A DNA stretch of 64,000 nucleotides from Escherichia phage slur02: the sequence record NC_028927.1; one strand, written 5' to 3'. The translations under genes and the position numbers were made by a program. The notes under the pieces are model-generated. The model was given only the letters and a program-made list of their open reading frames with translations. It did no database searches and was not told the DNA's origin. Shown piece after piece: positions 42,228 to 51,811 of the stretch; position 1 is the stretch's first letter, and each line of letters opens with the position of its first letter.

Positions 42228-44048
42228 CTACTGGCTCATCCATTCTTTACGAAGGTCAGCATTATCTCCCATGAGCATTTCAAAAAGCTCTTTCCAGTTC
42301 TCAGGAAGTTTAACAACATCATATACTGGATTTTGAATCATCTCACGATATTCAGATTTTTCCAAAGAGCCAAGTCCTTTAATATAACGGATGCTATGTT
42401 TAGGTAGAGCATCTTTGGCACTCTCATATTCAGCGACTGTATAAAACCATTCTTGTTTTTTACCGACCTGAGCGATGATTACCGGAGTTTTGACAAAGCG
42501 AATTCGTCCTTGCTCAAACAATTCTGGCCAATTACTAAAAAACCCGAGCAGAGAAGGATAAATGCTTCCTAGACCATCATGGTCAGCATCAGTCATAATA
42601 GCAATATTGCGATAATTCAAGTTTTCAGCTTTTTCACCAAGAACTAGACCAGTGATTGCGCAAATATCAAATAGTTCTTTGTTTTTAAGCATATCAGCAT
42701 ATGACATACCCCAACTGTTGAGAACTTTACCACGCAATGGATAACCACCATGAAGTTCTTTATCACGAACATCAATAAGATATCCGATAGCCGAATCACC
42801 CTCAGTCAGGAAAAGAGTAGTGTCAGCATCTTTACCACAAAGATTCGCTTTGATATGTTTATGAACTTTAGCTTTAGAAGCCTTTTTAGCTGCTTTAGTT
42901 TCAGCTGCTTTTTCTGCTGCCAATTTACGGGCCAAGGCAGCTTCAATAATTGGCATCAAAATAGCTTCATTATTTAGAATAGCGCGTGAAATCTTTTTAG
43001 CATCAAGCTGAATATGACTACGAATTTCGCCAAATGGAGAAGTCAAACGCTCTTTAGTTTGAGAATCAAATCGCATGTTTTTCATATCACGAACAAACAT
43101 AACGATAGTCAAACATTCTTTAACACGTGCTTTAGTTACATCAATTTTGAATTTACGTTTGATTTGTGGAATAAGGTCTTCACAAATATCATCCATAACG
43201 CAGTCAATGTGATGGCCACCATTCTTAGTGTGAATGTTATTCACATAAGTTAATTGACGAAATCCATCCGGTGAACGACCAACCGCAATAGAACAATTTT
43301 CTTGTTCTTGAACAATAGCATGTTCATCATACTGTCGTGCATATTTCTTAAAATTGCCCTGAACCTTTTTACCATTAAAGGTAAATTGAATATCAGGATA
43401 AACAACAGCAAGTGTCTGGAGACGATCTAGTGTAATGTCAAGATAAACTTGGGACAGCTCATTAGTTTCAAATGACATAAAATCAGGAATGAAAGTAACA
43501 CGAGTTCCTTTCCATTTTCCAGGAATAGTTTCCCAGGATTTATTTTCCATGCCATTTGAACAACGAACTACAATATTATTTTGACCATCGCCAGTTTCAC
43601 CGACAAACATCACAGAAAAAATGTTAGTTAAACTAGAACCAACACCATTCATACCACCGGTGACGCGTTCTTTATCATCACCAAAGTTACCACCTGCTTT
43701 TGGAATAGTCCAAGCAGCAACTGGGCCAGGAATTTCTTCACCGGTAGGTGTTTTAACCATCGCTTGTGGAATACCGCGACCGTTATCTTCAACTGTTACC
43801 TGATTATTTTTAATGGTAACATTAATTTTATTTGCGAATTTAAACTTAGTACGAATACCTTCATCTACTGAGTTATCGATAATTTCATCAATAAGCTTAA
43901 CAAGACCAGGTACATACTGAACACTTTCCCATTTACCAAACAGAAAGCGCTCATGCATTTCATTAGCTGAAGAGCCAATGTACATGCCGCTACGCTTTTT
44001 GATATGTTCAATATCGCTCAGAATTTTAATTTCATTCTTAATCATCAC
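42228..44048 (-). CDS. 39: gp39 DNA topoisomerase II large (GyrB-like ATPase/Toprim) subunit, uninterrupted 606 aa form
   Basis: GHKL ATPase and Toprim motifs (EGDSA); 606 aa, about the length of T4 gp39 plus gp60 combined. Confidence 0.9.
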   Translation of the reverse strand: MMIKNEIKILSDIEHIKKRSGMYIGSSANEMHERFLFGKWESVQYVPGLVKLIDEIIDNSVDEGIRTKFKFANKINVTIKNNQVTVEDNGRGIPQAMVKTPTGEEIPGPVAAWTIPKAGGNFGDDKERVTGGMNGVGSSLTNIFSVMFVGETGDGQNNIVVRCSNGMENKSWETIPGKWKGTRVTFIPDFMSFETNELSQVYLDITLDRLQTLAVVYPDIQFTFNGKKVQGNFKKYARQYDEHAIVQEQENCSIAVGRSPDGFRQLTYVNNIHTKNGGHHIDCVMDDICEDLIPQIKRKFKIDVTKARVKECLTIVMFVRDMKNMRFDSQTKERLTSPFGEIRSHIQLDAKKISRAILNNEAILMPIIEAALARKLAAEKAAETKAAKKASKAKVHKHIKANLCGKDADTTLFLTEGDSAIGYLIDVRDKELHGGYPLRGKVLNSWGMSYADMLKNKELFDICAITGLVLGEKAENLNYRNIAIMTDADHDGLGSIYPSLLGFFSNWPELFEQGRIRFVKTPVIIAQVGKKQEWFYTVAEYESAKDALPKHSIRYIKGLGSLEKSEYREMIQNPVYDVVKLPENWKELFEMLMGDNADLRKEWMSQ

Positions 44049-44089
44049 TTATCCTCGTTTGGTTTCGGGAATATTATACTCCAGTAATC

Positions 44090-44113
44090 ATAAAGCTAAA
44101 GGCCCGAAGGCCT
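44090..44113 (-). terminator. hairpin (AAGGCC-CGAA-GGCCTT) flanked by A/T runs
   Basis: Read directly just 3' of ORF 44115..44384; flanking runs allow function on either strand. Confidence 0.5.
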
Positions 44114-44114
44114 T

Positions 44115-44384
44115 TTATTTAAAACGGATAGTCGAATCCTTGAAGAATAGACCAGAACATACTGTTCCTTCTACTTTCTGCCCAGTAGGTCCAACAGCAC
44201 GAAATCCAGTGTGTTGGAAATCATTTTCAGAGCAACCGAACCAGTTATATCCAGTGATTTCAATATTAGTAAAACCGCTTGAAGATAAAACTTTGGTTGC
44301 ATTATCAGCATCAGTACATCCTACTAAAGATACTGCTAATACTAATGCTGCAATAGAACGATTAATATATTTCATAATTTTCAC
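44115..44384 (-). CDS. putative lipoprotein (89 aa)
   Basis: Signal peptide with lipobox SLVGCT. Confidence 0.55.
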   Translation of the reverse strand: MKIMKYINRSIAALVLAVSLVGCTDADNATKVLSSSGFTNIEITGYNWFGCSENDFQHTGFRAVGPTGQKVEGTVCSGLFFKDSTIRFK

Positions 44385-44752
44385 TTAAATTTAATGGCTT
44401 GAAGAAGACTAATAATTCTCAAGCGACTTCTTTCATCTTTAACTGTAAAAGAAAGAGGGTCACCAGATTTCATAGTAATAGTACATTCAAAATCAAAATC
44501 TTCGGGAACTTCTTCGAATAGGTCAAATTCTTCATCATAAATTAGAACATTACTCTGAAAACTGTGAAGAATTTTTCCATCATTTCCAGATGCTGTACTA
44601 ATCATTGTAACATTATTACCTTTCATATCTTCAACGATAAATTCGCTTGTAGATATTACATTACTAATAGAACCATTCCTATAAATAGCAGAAAATAGAT
44701 ATTTCTTTTCTTCACCTTCGCGAATACGATACTTCTTACCGATTTTAAACAT
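44381..44752 (-). CDS. hypothetical protein (123 aa)
   Basis: ORF track; 4-nt overlap. Confidence 0.5.
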   Translation of the reverse strand: MFKIGKKYRIREGEEKKYLFSAIYRNGSISNVISTSEFIVEDMKGNNVTMISTASGNDGKILHSFQSNVLIYDEEFDLFEEVPEDFDFECTITMKSGDPLSFTVKDERSRLRIISLLQAIKFK

Positions 44753-44754
44753 AA

Positions 44755-44931
44755 TTACCCTTTAAGTAAGTCGTAAAAACCGCCATTCACATGCTTAGGA
44801 GCAGAAGGCCGACGAGTAGACAGACGATGACATTTAGGACAAACATCATTTTCTCGTTCAGAAATCTTTTTAATTTTTTCATATTCATGCCCGCAATCTT
44901 CGGATTGGCATTTATAATCATACATTGGCAT
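44755..44931 (-). CDS. small zinc-ribbon protein (approx 58 aa, FmdB-like CxxC...CxxC)
   Basis: Hand translation MPMYDYKCQSEDCGHEYEKIKKISERENDVCPKCHRL...; SD AAGGA upstream; below track cutoff. Confidence 0.45.
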   Translation of the reverse strand: MPMYDYKCQSEDCGHEYEKIKKISERENDVCPKCHRLSTRRPSAPKHVNGGFYDLLKG

Positions 44932-44933
44932 AA

Positions 44934-45353
44934 TTATTCCTTAAAGTGTGCTTTCAACATCTGATACAAGGACCATGCCTGTTCATTATTTTCAATAGTA
45001 ACTTTCATGACCGGGAATTCTGTGAAATCTTCTATTTGTTCTTGCTCTTCCTGCTTTTGCTCTTCGGACGCTTGATATGGATTTCCAACTTCGTCAAAGA
45101 ACTCTGCTTCATTCGTGGAGAGCCAGATAAAGTTTTCATCAAGGATATCACCGCCTGTTGCGTATCCAACCGTGCCAGTAGATGTCACAATTTTAGTAGG
45201 ACGACTGAGATGGTCAACATCTAAAATTTTAAAAGGTTCCATACCTAAACGTCGTGCGTAGATTCCGTTATCAGTATGGTCTTTAATAAAAGCTTCTTGA
45301 GCTTGTTTATTTTTAAATTGATACCATTTATTAACTTCAAATCTAATAGCCAT
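44934..45353 (-). CDS. hypothetical protein (139 aa), possibly goF-like
   Basis: ORF track; size close to T4 goF, not verified. Confidence 0.5.
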   Translation of the reverse strand: MAIRFEVNKWYQFKNKQAQEAFIKDHTDNGIYARRLGMEPFKILDVDHLSRPTKIVTSTGTVGYATGGDILDENFIWLSTNEAEFFDEVGNPYQASEEQKQEEQEQIEDFTEFPVMKVTIENNEQAWSLYQMLKAHFKE

Positions 45354-45568
45354 TAATAAATTTCCTTCCAGTAAGTTGTACCGTCTTCAGTGATTTCACG
45401 GAATACACCATAAATCGGTTGTTTATCACCAACCTTTTCATACACATAAACCGAAGTCAAGTGAGTAAACTTGATGGTGTGTTCCTTTTGAACTACTACC
45501 AAATCTGGATCGAATAATACATCTTCAAATTCGTCATTAGTACAATTCTGAACAATTTTACGTTTCAT
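45353..45568 (-). CDS. hypothetical protein (71 aa), possibly cef-like
   Basis: ORF track; size and position only. Confidence 0.5.
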   Translation of the reverse strand: MKRKIVQNCTNDEFEDVLFDPDLVVVQKEHTIKFTHLTSVYVYEKVGDKQPIYGVFREITEDGTTYWKEIY

Positions 45569-45581
45569 TACAATTTCCTCA

Positions 45582-45863
45582 TTAATTAAACAGTGGAGCG
45601 ATGCGTTTCAGAAGAGTAGCAGCACCTTTGGCGAATTTTACATCATGAAAAACAGTTTCTTCTTCCGTTACAACACGAGCTTTAATGTTTTCACAATCCC
45701 AATTTTTGCGAACAATCTTCAAAAGCTGCAGTAAATCTTTACATTCAGCAATATCGATAACACATCCACGAGAATCTTCCATTATCGCACGATAACCGTA
45801 AGCCATACCATAATCGTTGAAAGATTGCTCGATGATAATTAAGTTTTCCATTTTATTCTCCAA
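45582..45863 (-). CDS. hypothetical protein (93 aa)
   Basis: ORF track. Confidence 0.5.
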   Translation of the reverse strand: MENKMENLIIIEQSFNDYGMAYGYRAIMEDSRGCVIDIAECKDLLQLLKIVRKNWDCENIKARVVTEEETVFHDVKFAKGAATLLKRIAPLFN

Positions 45864-45873
45864 GTTGTTTTCT

Positions 45874-45918
45874 GTATCAGTAGTTGATATTGATATAGTA
45901 CCATAATCAACTACTGAT
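45874..45918 (-). promoter_or_regulatory. early-promoter-like -10 (TACTAT) bracketed by a perfect 13-bp inverted repeat
   Basis: atcagtagttgat ... atcaactactgat read directly with TACTATA between the arms; no canonical GTTTAC -35. Confidence 0.4.
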
Positions 45919-45948
45919 GTATATAGTTTTATGAAAAAATTTTAAACT

Positions 45949-46437
45949 TTATGCATAGAGAGCATTGCTATAGTGTTTAATCCAACTTTCAGGAATGACT
46001 TTGTATGTTCCTAAAAATACCACATTGTATAACTTAACGCCATCTTCTACCCATTGATCGGTAATATATCCACACATAGCACGAGTATAAGCAGCCTTTC
46101 CATCATCTTTGATAAATTTAAATTCGCAAGGAGCAATGAACTTAATAGCTTGACCGAGTTTCCACTTAAAGTCTACGCCTACATGTGAAGTATCAATCGT
46201 TTCAATTACTTTAGCAGGAACAGCTTTCAAAAACGCAGATTCAAGAAATTTCGCACGAACATAGCCAAACTGGGGTTTAGACTTTCCATCTTTAGGAATG
46301 ATACGCACTTTTACTTCAGAATCTTCATCTTTAACGCCATGTTTAAGCTGAATGCTTACAATTTCGACCAATTTTCCTGCTGCTTTAGAGCGGGATTTAT
46401 CAGATACACGAGCTAATTCACCAATATTAATAATCAT
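45949..46437 (-). CDS. hypothetical protein (162 aa), possibly MotB-like
   Basis: ORF track; 162 aa matches T4 MotB size; shares a C-terminal motif with the next ORF. Confidence 0.5.
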   Translation of the reverse strand: MIINIGELARVSDKSRSKAAGKLVEIVSIQLKHGVKDEDSEVKVRIIPKDGKSKPQFGYVRAKFLESAFLKAVPAKVIETIDTSHVGVDFKWKLGQAIKFIAPCEFKFIKDDGKAAYTRAMCGYITDQWVEDGVKLYNVVFLGTYKVIPESWIKHYSNALYA

Positions 46438-46510
46438 AGTTATTTCTCACTTGTTAAAAAGATTTTATACTCCGCGGGACCATTATACTCTGGTCCCAAG
46501 AGTTTGTAAA

Positions 46511-46948
46511 CTAGCTTACACGAACATTAATCACTGCGCTGCGAGGAACTACGGAGTACTCTCCAGCATGAACTACATTAAGAAGTTCAACGCCATCTTC
46601 AATCCACTGGTCAGTTACCCAACCGCCAATCGGATTCGCGAATGGACGACGAATATAAACTGCCTTACACAACAAATCAGTCGGGTCTTCAGGTTTTTCA
46701 ATTTCTGTCAATAGACTAAAATCTTTTTCATAAATAATAAGCGGTGATACCATTCCATAATAGTTTCTAATTTCAATATACATCATACCGATAAGAATTC
46801 CGCTATTAACACTAATAACAGTAAAAGGATATCCGCCAGTTAAACCAAGAAGTTCACAAAACTTATTATGAGCTGTATTAGACAGTACCGAAAAATTCTT
46901 AATTTCATCAAATTTTTTCAATTGATAAACAGCATTATTTTTAATCAT
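46511..46948 (-). CDS. hypothetical protein (145 aa), C-terminal paralog of the preceding ORF
   Basis: Shared motif W/Y-x-TDQW-I/V-EDGV-x-L-x-NVV seen in both translations. Confidence 0.5.
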   Translation of the reverse strand: MIKNNAVYQLKKFDEIKNFSVLSNTAHNKFCELLGLTGGYPFTVISVNSGILIGMMYIEIRNYYGMVSPLIIYEKDFSLLTEIEKPEDPTDLLCKAVYIRRPFANPIGGWVTDQWIEDGVELLNVVHAGEYSVVPRSAVINVRVS

Positions 46949-46958
46949 AATTTTCTCT

Positions 46959-47462
46959 TTAATCTAAGGTAATAAAGCCTTTTAATTCGGCATGGGATTT
47001 GCGGAACATTACTTGGTGCCCACCAATGATAACTTCATCTTCAGGAACTTCGTATACAGCAAGATAAAATCCTTTAGAAGCTAATTCTTCACGCTCTTCT
47101 CGTGTGAACCATCTCATCATATCATATTCACTAGCGAAAGCAAAATGATAAAGAGCTATAAACCATCCTGGAATATAGTGATCTACGCCTACATATTCCT
47201 CTTTCTCAAATTTAGTATTAATTGCTATATTAGCATTTTTAACTAATAATTTGTCTTCGCGCGGAAGAGGAATTCTTTTGTTATCATTACTATGATGTGT
47301 AAAATTAGGTCTATCATAACCTACGTGTAATAACCACTCTTCGCTCCATGAATCTATTATACTCCTGTATGGCGTTATTTGAACACAAAGATTTCGACGT
47401 ATTGTTATAGCATCTTCACAATTAAGAATACTAAACGATGATTCAACACGGTAAATTTTCAT
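46959..47462 (-). CDS. hypothetical protein (approx 167 aa)
   Basis: Track ORF begins at a non-ATG codon inside the promoter; trimmed to the internal ATG (MKIYRVESS) preceded by GAGGATAATAAA. Confidence 0.5.
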   Translation of the reverse strand: MKIYRVESSFSILNCEDAITIRRNLCVQITPYRSIIDSWSEEWLLHVGYDRPNFTHHSNDNKRIPLPREDKLLVKNANIAINTKFEKEEYVGVDHYIPGWFIALYHFAFASEYDMMRWFTREEREELASKGFYLAVYEVPEDEVIIGGHQVMFRKSHAELKGFITLD

Positions 47463-47490
47463 TTTATTATCCTCAGTAGCTATGGTGTTA

Positions 47491-47520
47491 TAATACCACA
47501 ACTAACCGAGGAAGTAAACA
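47491..47520 (-). promoter_or_regulatory. T4-type early promoter (GTTTAC-N18-TATTAT)
   Basis: Minus-strand GTTGTTTACttcctcggttagttgtggTATTATaacacc. Confidence 0.5.
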
Positions 47521-47525
47521 ACTTT

Positions 47526-48209
47526 TTATCGTTTTGTTGGAAGAGATAGAGGATCGCACTCTTCCTCTGACGGAGCATCTTCAAGACCCATAGCATATCG
47601 CAAAGCATACTTCATCATCAGGATGTCTTTCGCACAATCATGAATAGAATCATGCGCAACGAATCCATCTAAAGTTCCCTTTGGAAGAGGACATGTAGTC
47701 ATATCACGAACAAGCAGAAGTGCTTCAATTCTGGTACGAATATCACGCTGATTCCAGAATTTACAAGGTTCTAACTTAAACGTATCAAGCTCATTCTCAG
47801 AAACGCCATTAAGACGTTGAATATCGCGAATGAGATCGACTAAAATTGGAAAATCAAACGACATTCCACGGCACCAACCTTGAGATTTCCAAGGATCGAT
47901 ATTATGCGCATTGATGTAATCATTAAATTTTGCAATACCATCGATAGTGCTTACATCTTCATCTGATGGTGCAATATTTTTTCGAGCTTCAGGAGATTGA
48001 TTTTTCCACCATTCGATAGTGCTTTTAGTAAAAAGACGATGTCCCTTTTGGCTTTTTAAATCAAACTTGATTTTAATGCCGCGTGAAACTAATTCATCAA
48101 AGGATTCAACTACTTCTGGATTAGGGTCAAAGGCAATAACAGCCAAATCAATAACAGCTGCCTTTTCACCGCTTCCCATTGTTTCAAAATCTATAATAAA
48201 ATCAAACAT
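47526..48209 (-). CDS. dexA: exonuclease A (DexA), 227 aa
   Basis: 227 aa as T4 DexA; DEDD-type exonuclease-like N-terminus (FDFIIDFET). Confidence 0.85.
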   Translation of the reverse strand: MFDFIIDFETMGSGEKAAVIDLAVIAFDPNPEVVESFDELVSRGIKIKFDLKSQKGHRLFTKSTIEWWKNQSPEARKNIAPSDEDVSTIDGIAKFNDYINAHNIDPWKSQGWCRGMSFDFPILVDLIRDIQRLNGVSENELDTFKLEPCKFWNQRDIRTRIEALLLVRDMTTCPLPKGTLDGFVAHDSIHDCAKDILMMKYALRYAMGLEDAPSEEECDPLSLPTKR

Positions 48210-48484
48210 TAAATTTTCCTCGCTAAATCGCGAATTTGACCTACAGTATAATCTTGGATATAAACTTTATTAATGGGCTCATCAATAAATTTTGCCATAG
48301 ATTCAATATCTTTTTGTATCTCTTCAAGACTGTATACTATCTTTAAAGCTTTTTCGCGAATAGTAACATTATCAGGTCCTGGATTTTCCTCAATGACAGC
48401 TTTGACATTTGTCATAAGAGATTTAAACTGATGCAAACTTAATTCAATCATTAATAATCGCCTTATAAAGATGGCTAATTTCAC
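48209..48484 (-). CDS. hypothetical protein (91 aa)
   Basis: ORF track; weak similarity to the adjacent 86-aa ORF (tandem paralogs). Confidence 0.5.
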   Translation of the reverse strand: MKLAIFIRRLLMIELSLHQFKSLMTNVKAVIEENPGPDNVTIREKALKIVYSLEEIQKDIESMAKFIDEPINKVYIQDYTVGQIRDLARKI

Positions 48485-48704
48485 CTAAAATGTAATCACT
48501 GATTGTAACAGTTTTTACTTCACCACAAAAGAATTCTAACGCAATCAAATCTCGTTCAATTTCTTCCAATTGAAGCATTAACTTGCCTGATTCAATTTTT
48601 ACATTTCTGCGATTTTTACTATAAGCTATTTCATATATTTCGCTCACTTTATCTTGAAGTAGATAAAACTGGTCTTTAGTTATTTCCACGAATAGCTTCC
48701 TCAA
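48444..48704 (-). CDS. hypothetical protein (86 aa)
   Basis: ORF track; overlaps neighbour by 41 nt. Confidence 0.5.
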   Translation of the reverse strand: MRKLFVEITKDQFYLLQDKVSEIYEIAYSKNRRNVKIESGKLMLQLEEIERDLIALEFFCGEVKTVTISDYILGEISHLYKAIIND

Positions 48705-48710
48705 ATTTAA

Positions 48711-50030
48711 TCATACGTAAAACACATCATAACGACCACGAGTGACACCAACATAAAGAAGCTGCTGAGCTAGTTCAGCATCTGCATAATGAATACAAGG
48801 CGTATAGATAAAAGCACGGTCTACAGACATACCCTGAGCTTTATGGAATGTTGACGCAGGAAGTGCTTTCACTTTACTAAACTGTGATTTAGCATCCCAA
48901 AAATCACTCCACGGAGCTTTTCCACCTTTATTCCAATTTTTGTAAGTTTCTGCCGTTTTACCTAAAAATAAGTTAAACTTATACAGCTCTTCATCAGATG
49001 AAATTATTTTAATCTTTTCACGATAATATTCATCATCGCCGTAAGTTTCTACTGTTAAATCCCAATGACGAATTAGATATTCTCCAGAAACACCACGAGC
49101 TTTAACAAAGGTTGATGTATACTCTGCTTCTATAATACGAACTAATTGTCCGTTATTAAAAATAATTTCTGACACAGGCTTTCCATCAATTTTATATGTT
49201 TTAATTAATGGTTCCTGCATTACAATAATTTCACCGACAATAAAATCTTTATCAGTTTCAAAAATCTTTTTACGAATAATGCTATTTAACTTATCAACAG
49301 ATTTATTCGTAAATGCCATTACGCGATTTTCAAACAAATCATCTAGTGATTTGACGATTGAAAAATAATTTACCATAAAATCGCGTAAAGCGGTATCACC
49401 GGTAAATCCACGTACTCCATGACCGTCAACAACTTTATCATAAATCCACTTACCGTTACGAACGTCAGTAGCTACATCAATAATAGGAGCATTACTGCGT
49501 TTAACTTCAGTGAGTTCACACTGATAAAAGTCTTTGTGTGTAAAGAACGGACTGATATAAGCAGTGTTTTCTCCTGGGTCAACAGGTCTAATTTGCTTAT
49601 TATCGCCTATTCCAATTATAGTACACCATGGTGGAATAGTTGAAAGCAGAATTTTAAATAGCTTTCTATCATACATTGACACTTCGTCGCAGATTAATAC
49701 CCTGCATTTAGCTAAATCTGGTACTTCCTTCTGCTCAAAAAGAACATTTTCTTCATATGTTACTGGGTTAATTTTAAGAATACTATGAATAGTACTTGCT
49801 TCTTTCCCTGATAGTTTTGAAAGAATCTTTTTAGCTGCATGAGTAGGAGCTGCTAAAATAATACCAGTTTCACCCGTAGATATTAAAGCTTCAATGATGA
49901 ACTTAGTAAGAGTAGTCTTACCGGTACCGGCAGGTCCATTAATAGTTACATGGTGTTTCTTTTCTTTAATAGCCTTCATAATAATGTTAAAGGCATTTTT
50001 CTGGCCTTCGGTCAAATCATCAAATGTCAT
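48711..50030 (-). CDS. dda: Dda DNA helicase (SF1B), 439 aa
   Basis: Walker A GPAGTGKTT; 439 aa as T4 Dda. Confidence 0.9.
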   Translation of the reverse strand: MTFDDLTEGQKNAFNIIMKAIKEKKHHVTINGPAGTGKTTLTKFIIEALISTGETGIILAAPTHAAKKILSKLSGKEASTIHSILKINPVTYEENVLFEQKEVPDLAKCRVLICDEVSMYDRKLFKILLSTIPPWCTIIGIGDNKQIRPVDPGENTAYISPFFTHKDFYQCELTEVKRSNAPIIDVATDVRNGKWIYDKVVDGHGVRGFTGDTALRDFMVNYFSIVKSLDDLFENRVMAFTNKSVDKLNSIIRKKIFETDKDFIVGEIIVMQEPLIKTYKIDGKPVSEIIFNNGQLVRIIEAEYTSTFVKARGVSGEYLIRHWDLTVETYGDDEYYREKIKIISSDEELYKFNLFLGKTAETYKNWNKGGKAPWSDFWDAKSQFSKVKALPASTFHKAQGMSVDRAFIYTPCIHYADAELAQQLLYVGVTRGRYDVFYV

Positions 50031-50338
50031 CGTAAATTCCCTGCAATTGGTATACTAACAATACGCCCAGTATCTAAAATTCGCTGATATAATCTTTGCG
50101 TGTCTACATCAGGCTTAACATGTTTAACTTCTATTTTATTAAACCAAAATTTACGTGGGGTCTCAACTAATCTCGGAATTCCCATACCTAAAGCTAGTCG
50201 ATACTGCTCTTTAAGAGTAGTAAATACTTTATCAGCAATCTCCCTTTCAAAAAATACAGCAGGACGATGTTCATCAAGTGGAACTGGCGCTGTAAATCCG
50301 TCTTTGTCTCGGTAAACTATCGCATATACATAAACCAT
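50027..50338 (-). CDS. hypothetical protein (103 aa), dda.1-like
   Basis: ORF track; 4-nt overlap with dda start. Confidence 0.55.
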   Translation of the reverse strand: MVYVYAIVYRDKDGFTAPVPLDEHRPAVFFEREIADKVFTTLKEQYRLALGMGIPRLVETPRKFWFNKIEVKHVKPDVDTQRLYQRILDTGRIVSIPIAGNLR

Positions 50339-50339
50339 A

Positions 50340-51086
50340 TTATCCTCGGATAAGTTTAAAAATTGAACAATTTAGCGGGTATCCTCTTTTCAGTTTAAGT
50401 TTATCAATAAAAGACAAATTTTGATACCGCTCTACACCTTGAATAATTTTATCACACATATCATATTGCATTTCTGCTTCTGACAGCTTTTTCACAATTT
50501 TCCAATCCGAGCCTTTAAGAAGAACGTTCAATTTAACAACTTCAGCGCCTTCTGCTATGCGAGAACCATCAATACGTGCTTTAAGTGCTATAATCCTTAG
50601 CTTAATGTCAGAGGTCTGTTTTGATTTAGAAAGCTGAGAAATGTGTTCAATTCGGTTTTCACGTTTTTTCTGTATAGCTTTAATTTGATTATAAGTCTTT
50701 TTGATTTTAGCCCATTTCTTTTCATCTAAATTTAGTTTATGAACTTTTTTCGCAGATGAACGACCAATTCGCAAAGCAAATAAATCACGCTTTTCAATCA
50801 ACTCTTCTAAAGTATAATCAGAACGAAATGTATTATACTTTTTCTTTACTGCAATAACATTCCCTTTAATGTATCCAACGTTATTATCAAAACGTTCTAA
50901 TGATAATTTCTCTCCTTCAACACGATTATCAAAAGGTTCTCCTGAGTAAGCACAAACTTTCTGATCTAAAATGTTCTTAATGTAATTGAAGTCTAAGTTA
51001 AAATCTTTAGAACGTCTTTTTGCAGATGCCTGGGTATGCTCTAGACGACGTTTAATTTTACGAATTTGGTTATTAGACAGCTTCAT
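50340..51086 (-). CDS. srd: probable Srd (sigma-like decoy protein), 248 aa
   Basis: Size and position between dda and modA as in T4; basic protein. Confidence 0.6.
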   Translation of the reverse strand: MKLSNNQIRKIKRRLEHTQASAKRRSKDFNLDFNYIKNILDQKVCAYSGEPFDNRVEGEKLSLERFDNNVGYIKGNVIAVKKKYNTFRSDYTLEELIEKRDLFALRIGRSSAKKVHKLNLDEKKWAKIKKTYNQIKAIQKKRENRIEHISQLSKSKQTSDIKLRIIALKARIDGSRIAEGAEVVKLNVLLKGSDWKIVKKLSEAEMQYDMCDKIIQGVERYQNLSFIDKLKLKRGYPLNCSIFKLIRG

Positions 51087-51121
51087 ATTTTTCTCACATC
51101 TTACGGACGGTTAACTACTTA

Positions 51122-51152
51122 TACTATAACATTTTTACTTTAACTTGTAAAC
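51122..51152 (-). promoter_or_regulatory. T4-type early promoter (GTTTAC ... TATAGT)
   Basis: Minus-strand aaaGTTGTTTACaagttaaagtaaaaatgtTATAGTat upstream of srd. Confidence 0.45.
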
Positions 51153-51208
51153 AACTTTATGAAAAATGCTTTAAAACTTTCATGGTATAATGAATCTAAG
51201 TCCTTCCA

Positions 51209-51811
51209 TTATAGATTAAATCCTTCAAAATCAAGAGTATAGATAGTGTATGTTGAATACTTTTTGTATTCATATCTATCTGCAATTCTAAATACACTTC
51301 CAGCTGGTATCATTACTTCTTGTTCATCTGAAACTAATTCCATATTACGATAACGATGACTATCCGGAAACTTAAAGTTTGGATTGTATTCTTTACAACG
51401 TAGAGCTTTTATAGCATACTCCTGGAAATTGAATACCATAGGAGCTTTGAATTCAAAAATAACTTGTGTGTTATATTCTAAACCAGAAGCAAAATGTAGA
51501 GCTATATTTTTATCATATGAAGCTGATACTACTTTATCAAATGTAATAATATCAATTCCTTGATTTAATATTTGTTTAGTCTCAACTGGAACACCTCTCC
51601 AAAGAGGTTTATCGTTTGGAACCAAACGAGATTTGATTATTTCATTTAACCAAGTATGGTCATCTGGCTTATTAGTAATACAATGAATTAAAAGTTCAAT
51701 TTCAGATAAATTAAACCCTTCAGAAAGTAATTCTTCACGAATAGAAGCACGCACCGATGCATCCATTGATTTTATTTTAAAATCTTTTAGTTGCATTACT
51801 GAGTATTTCAT
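51209..51811 (-). CDS. modA: ADP-ribosyltransferase ModA (200 aa)
   Basis: ART R-S-EXE signature (WRGV ... SAS ... EQEVMIP); 200 aa; paralogous to the adjacent ORF. Confidence 0.75.
   Translation of the reverse strand: MKYSVMQLKDFKIKSMDASVRASIREELLSEGFNLSEIELLIHCITNKPDDHTWLNEIIKSRLVPNDKPLWRGVPVETKQILNQGIDIITFDKVVSASYDKNIALHFASGLEYNTQVIFEFKAPMVFNFQEYAIKALRCKEYNPNFKFPDSHRYRNMELVSDEQEVMIPAGSVFRIADRYEYKKYSTYTIYTLDFEGFNL

Noticed and set aside
44090-44113. Hairpin as a terminator for a plus-strand gene
   Set aside because: No plus-strand gene is nearby; it is more simply the terminator for the minus-strand lipoprotein ORF.
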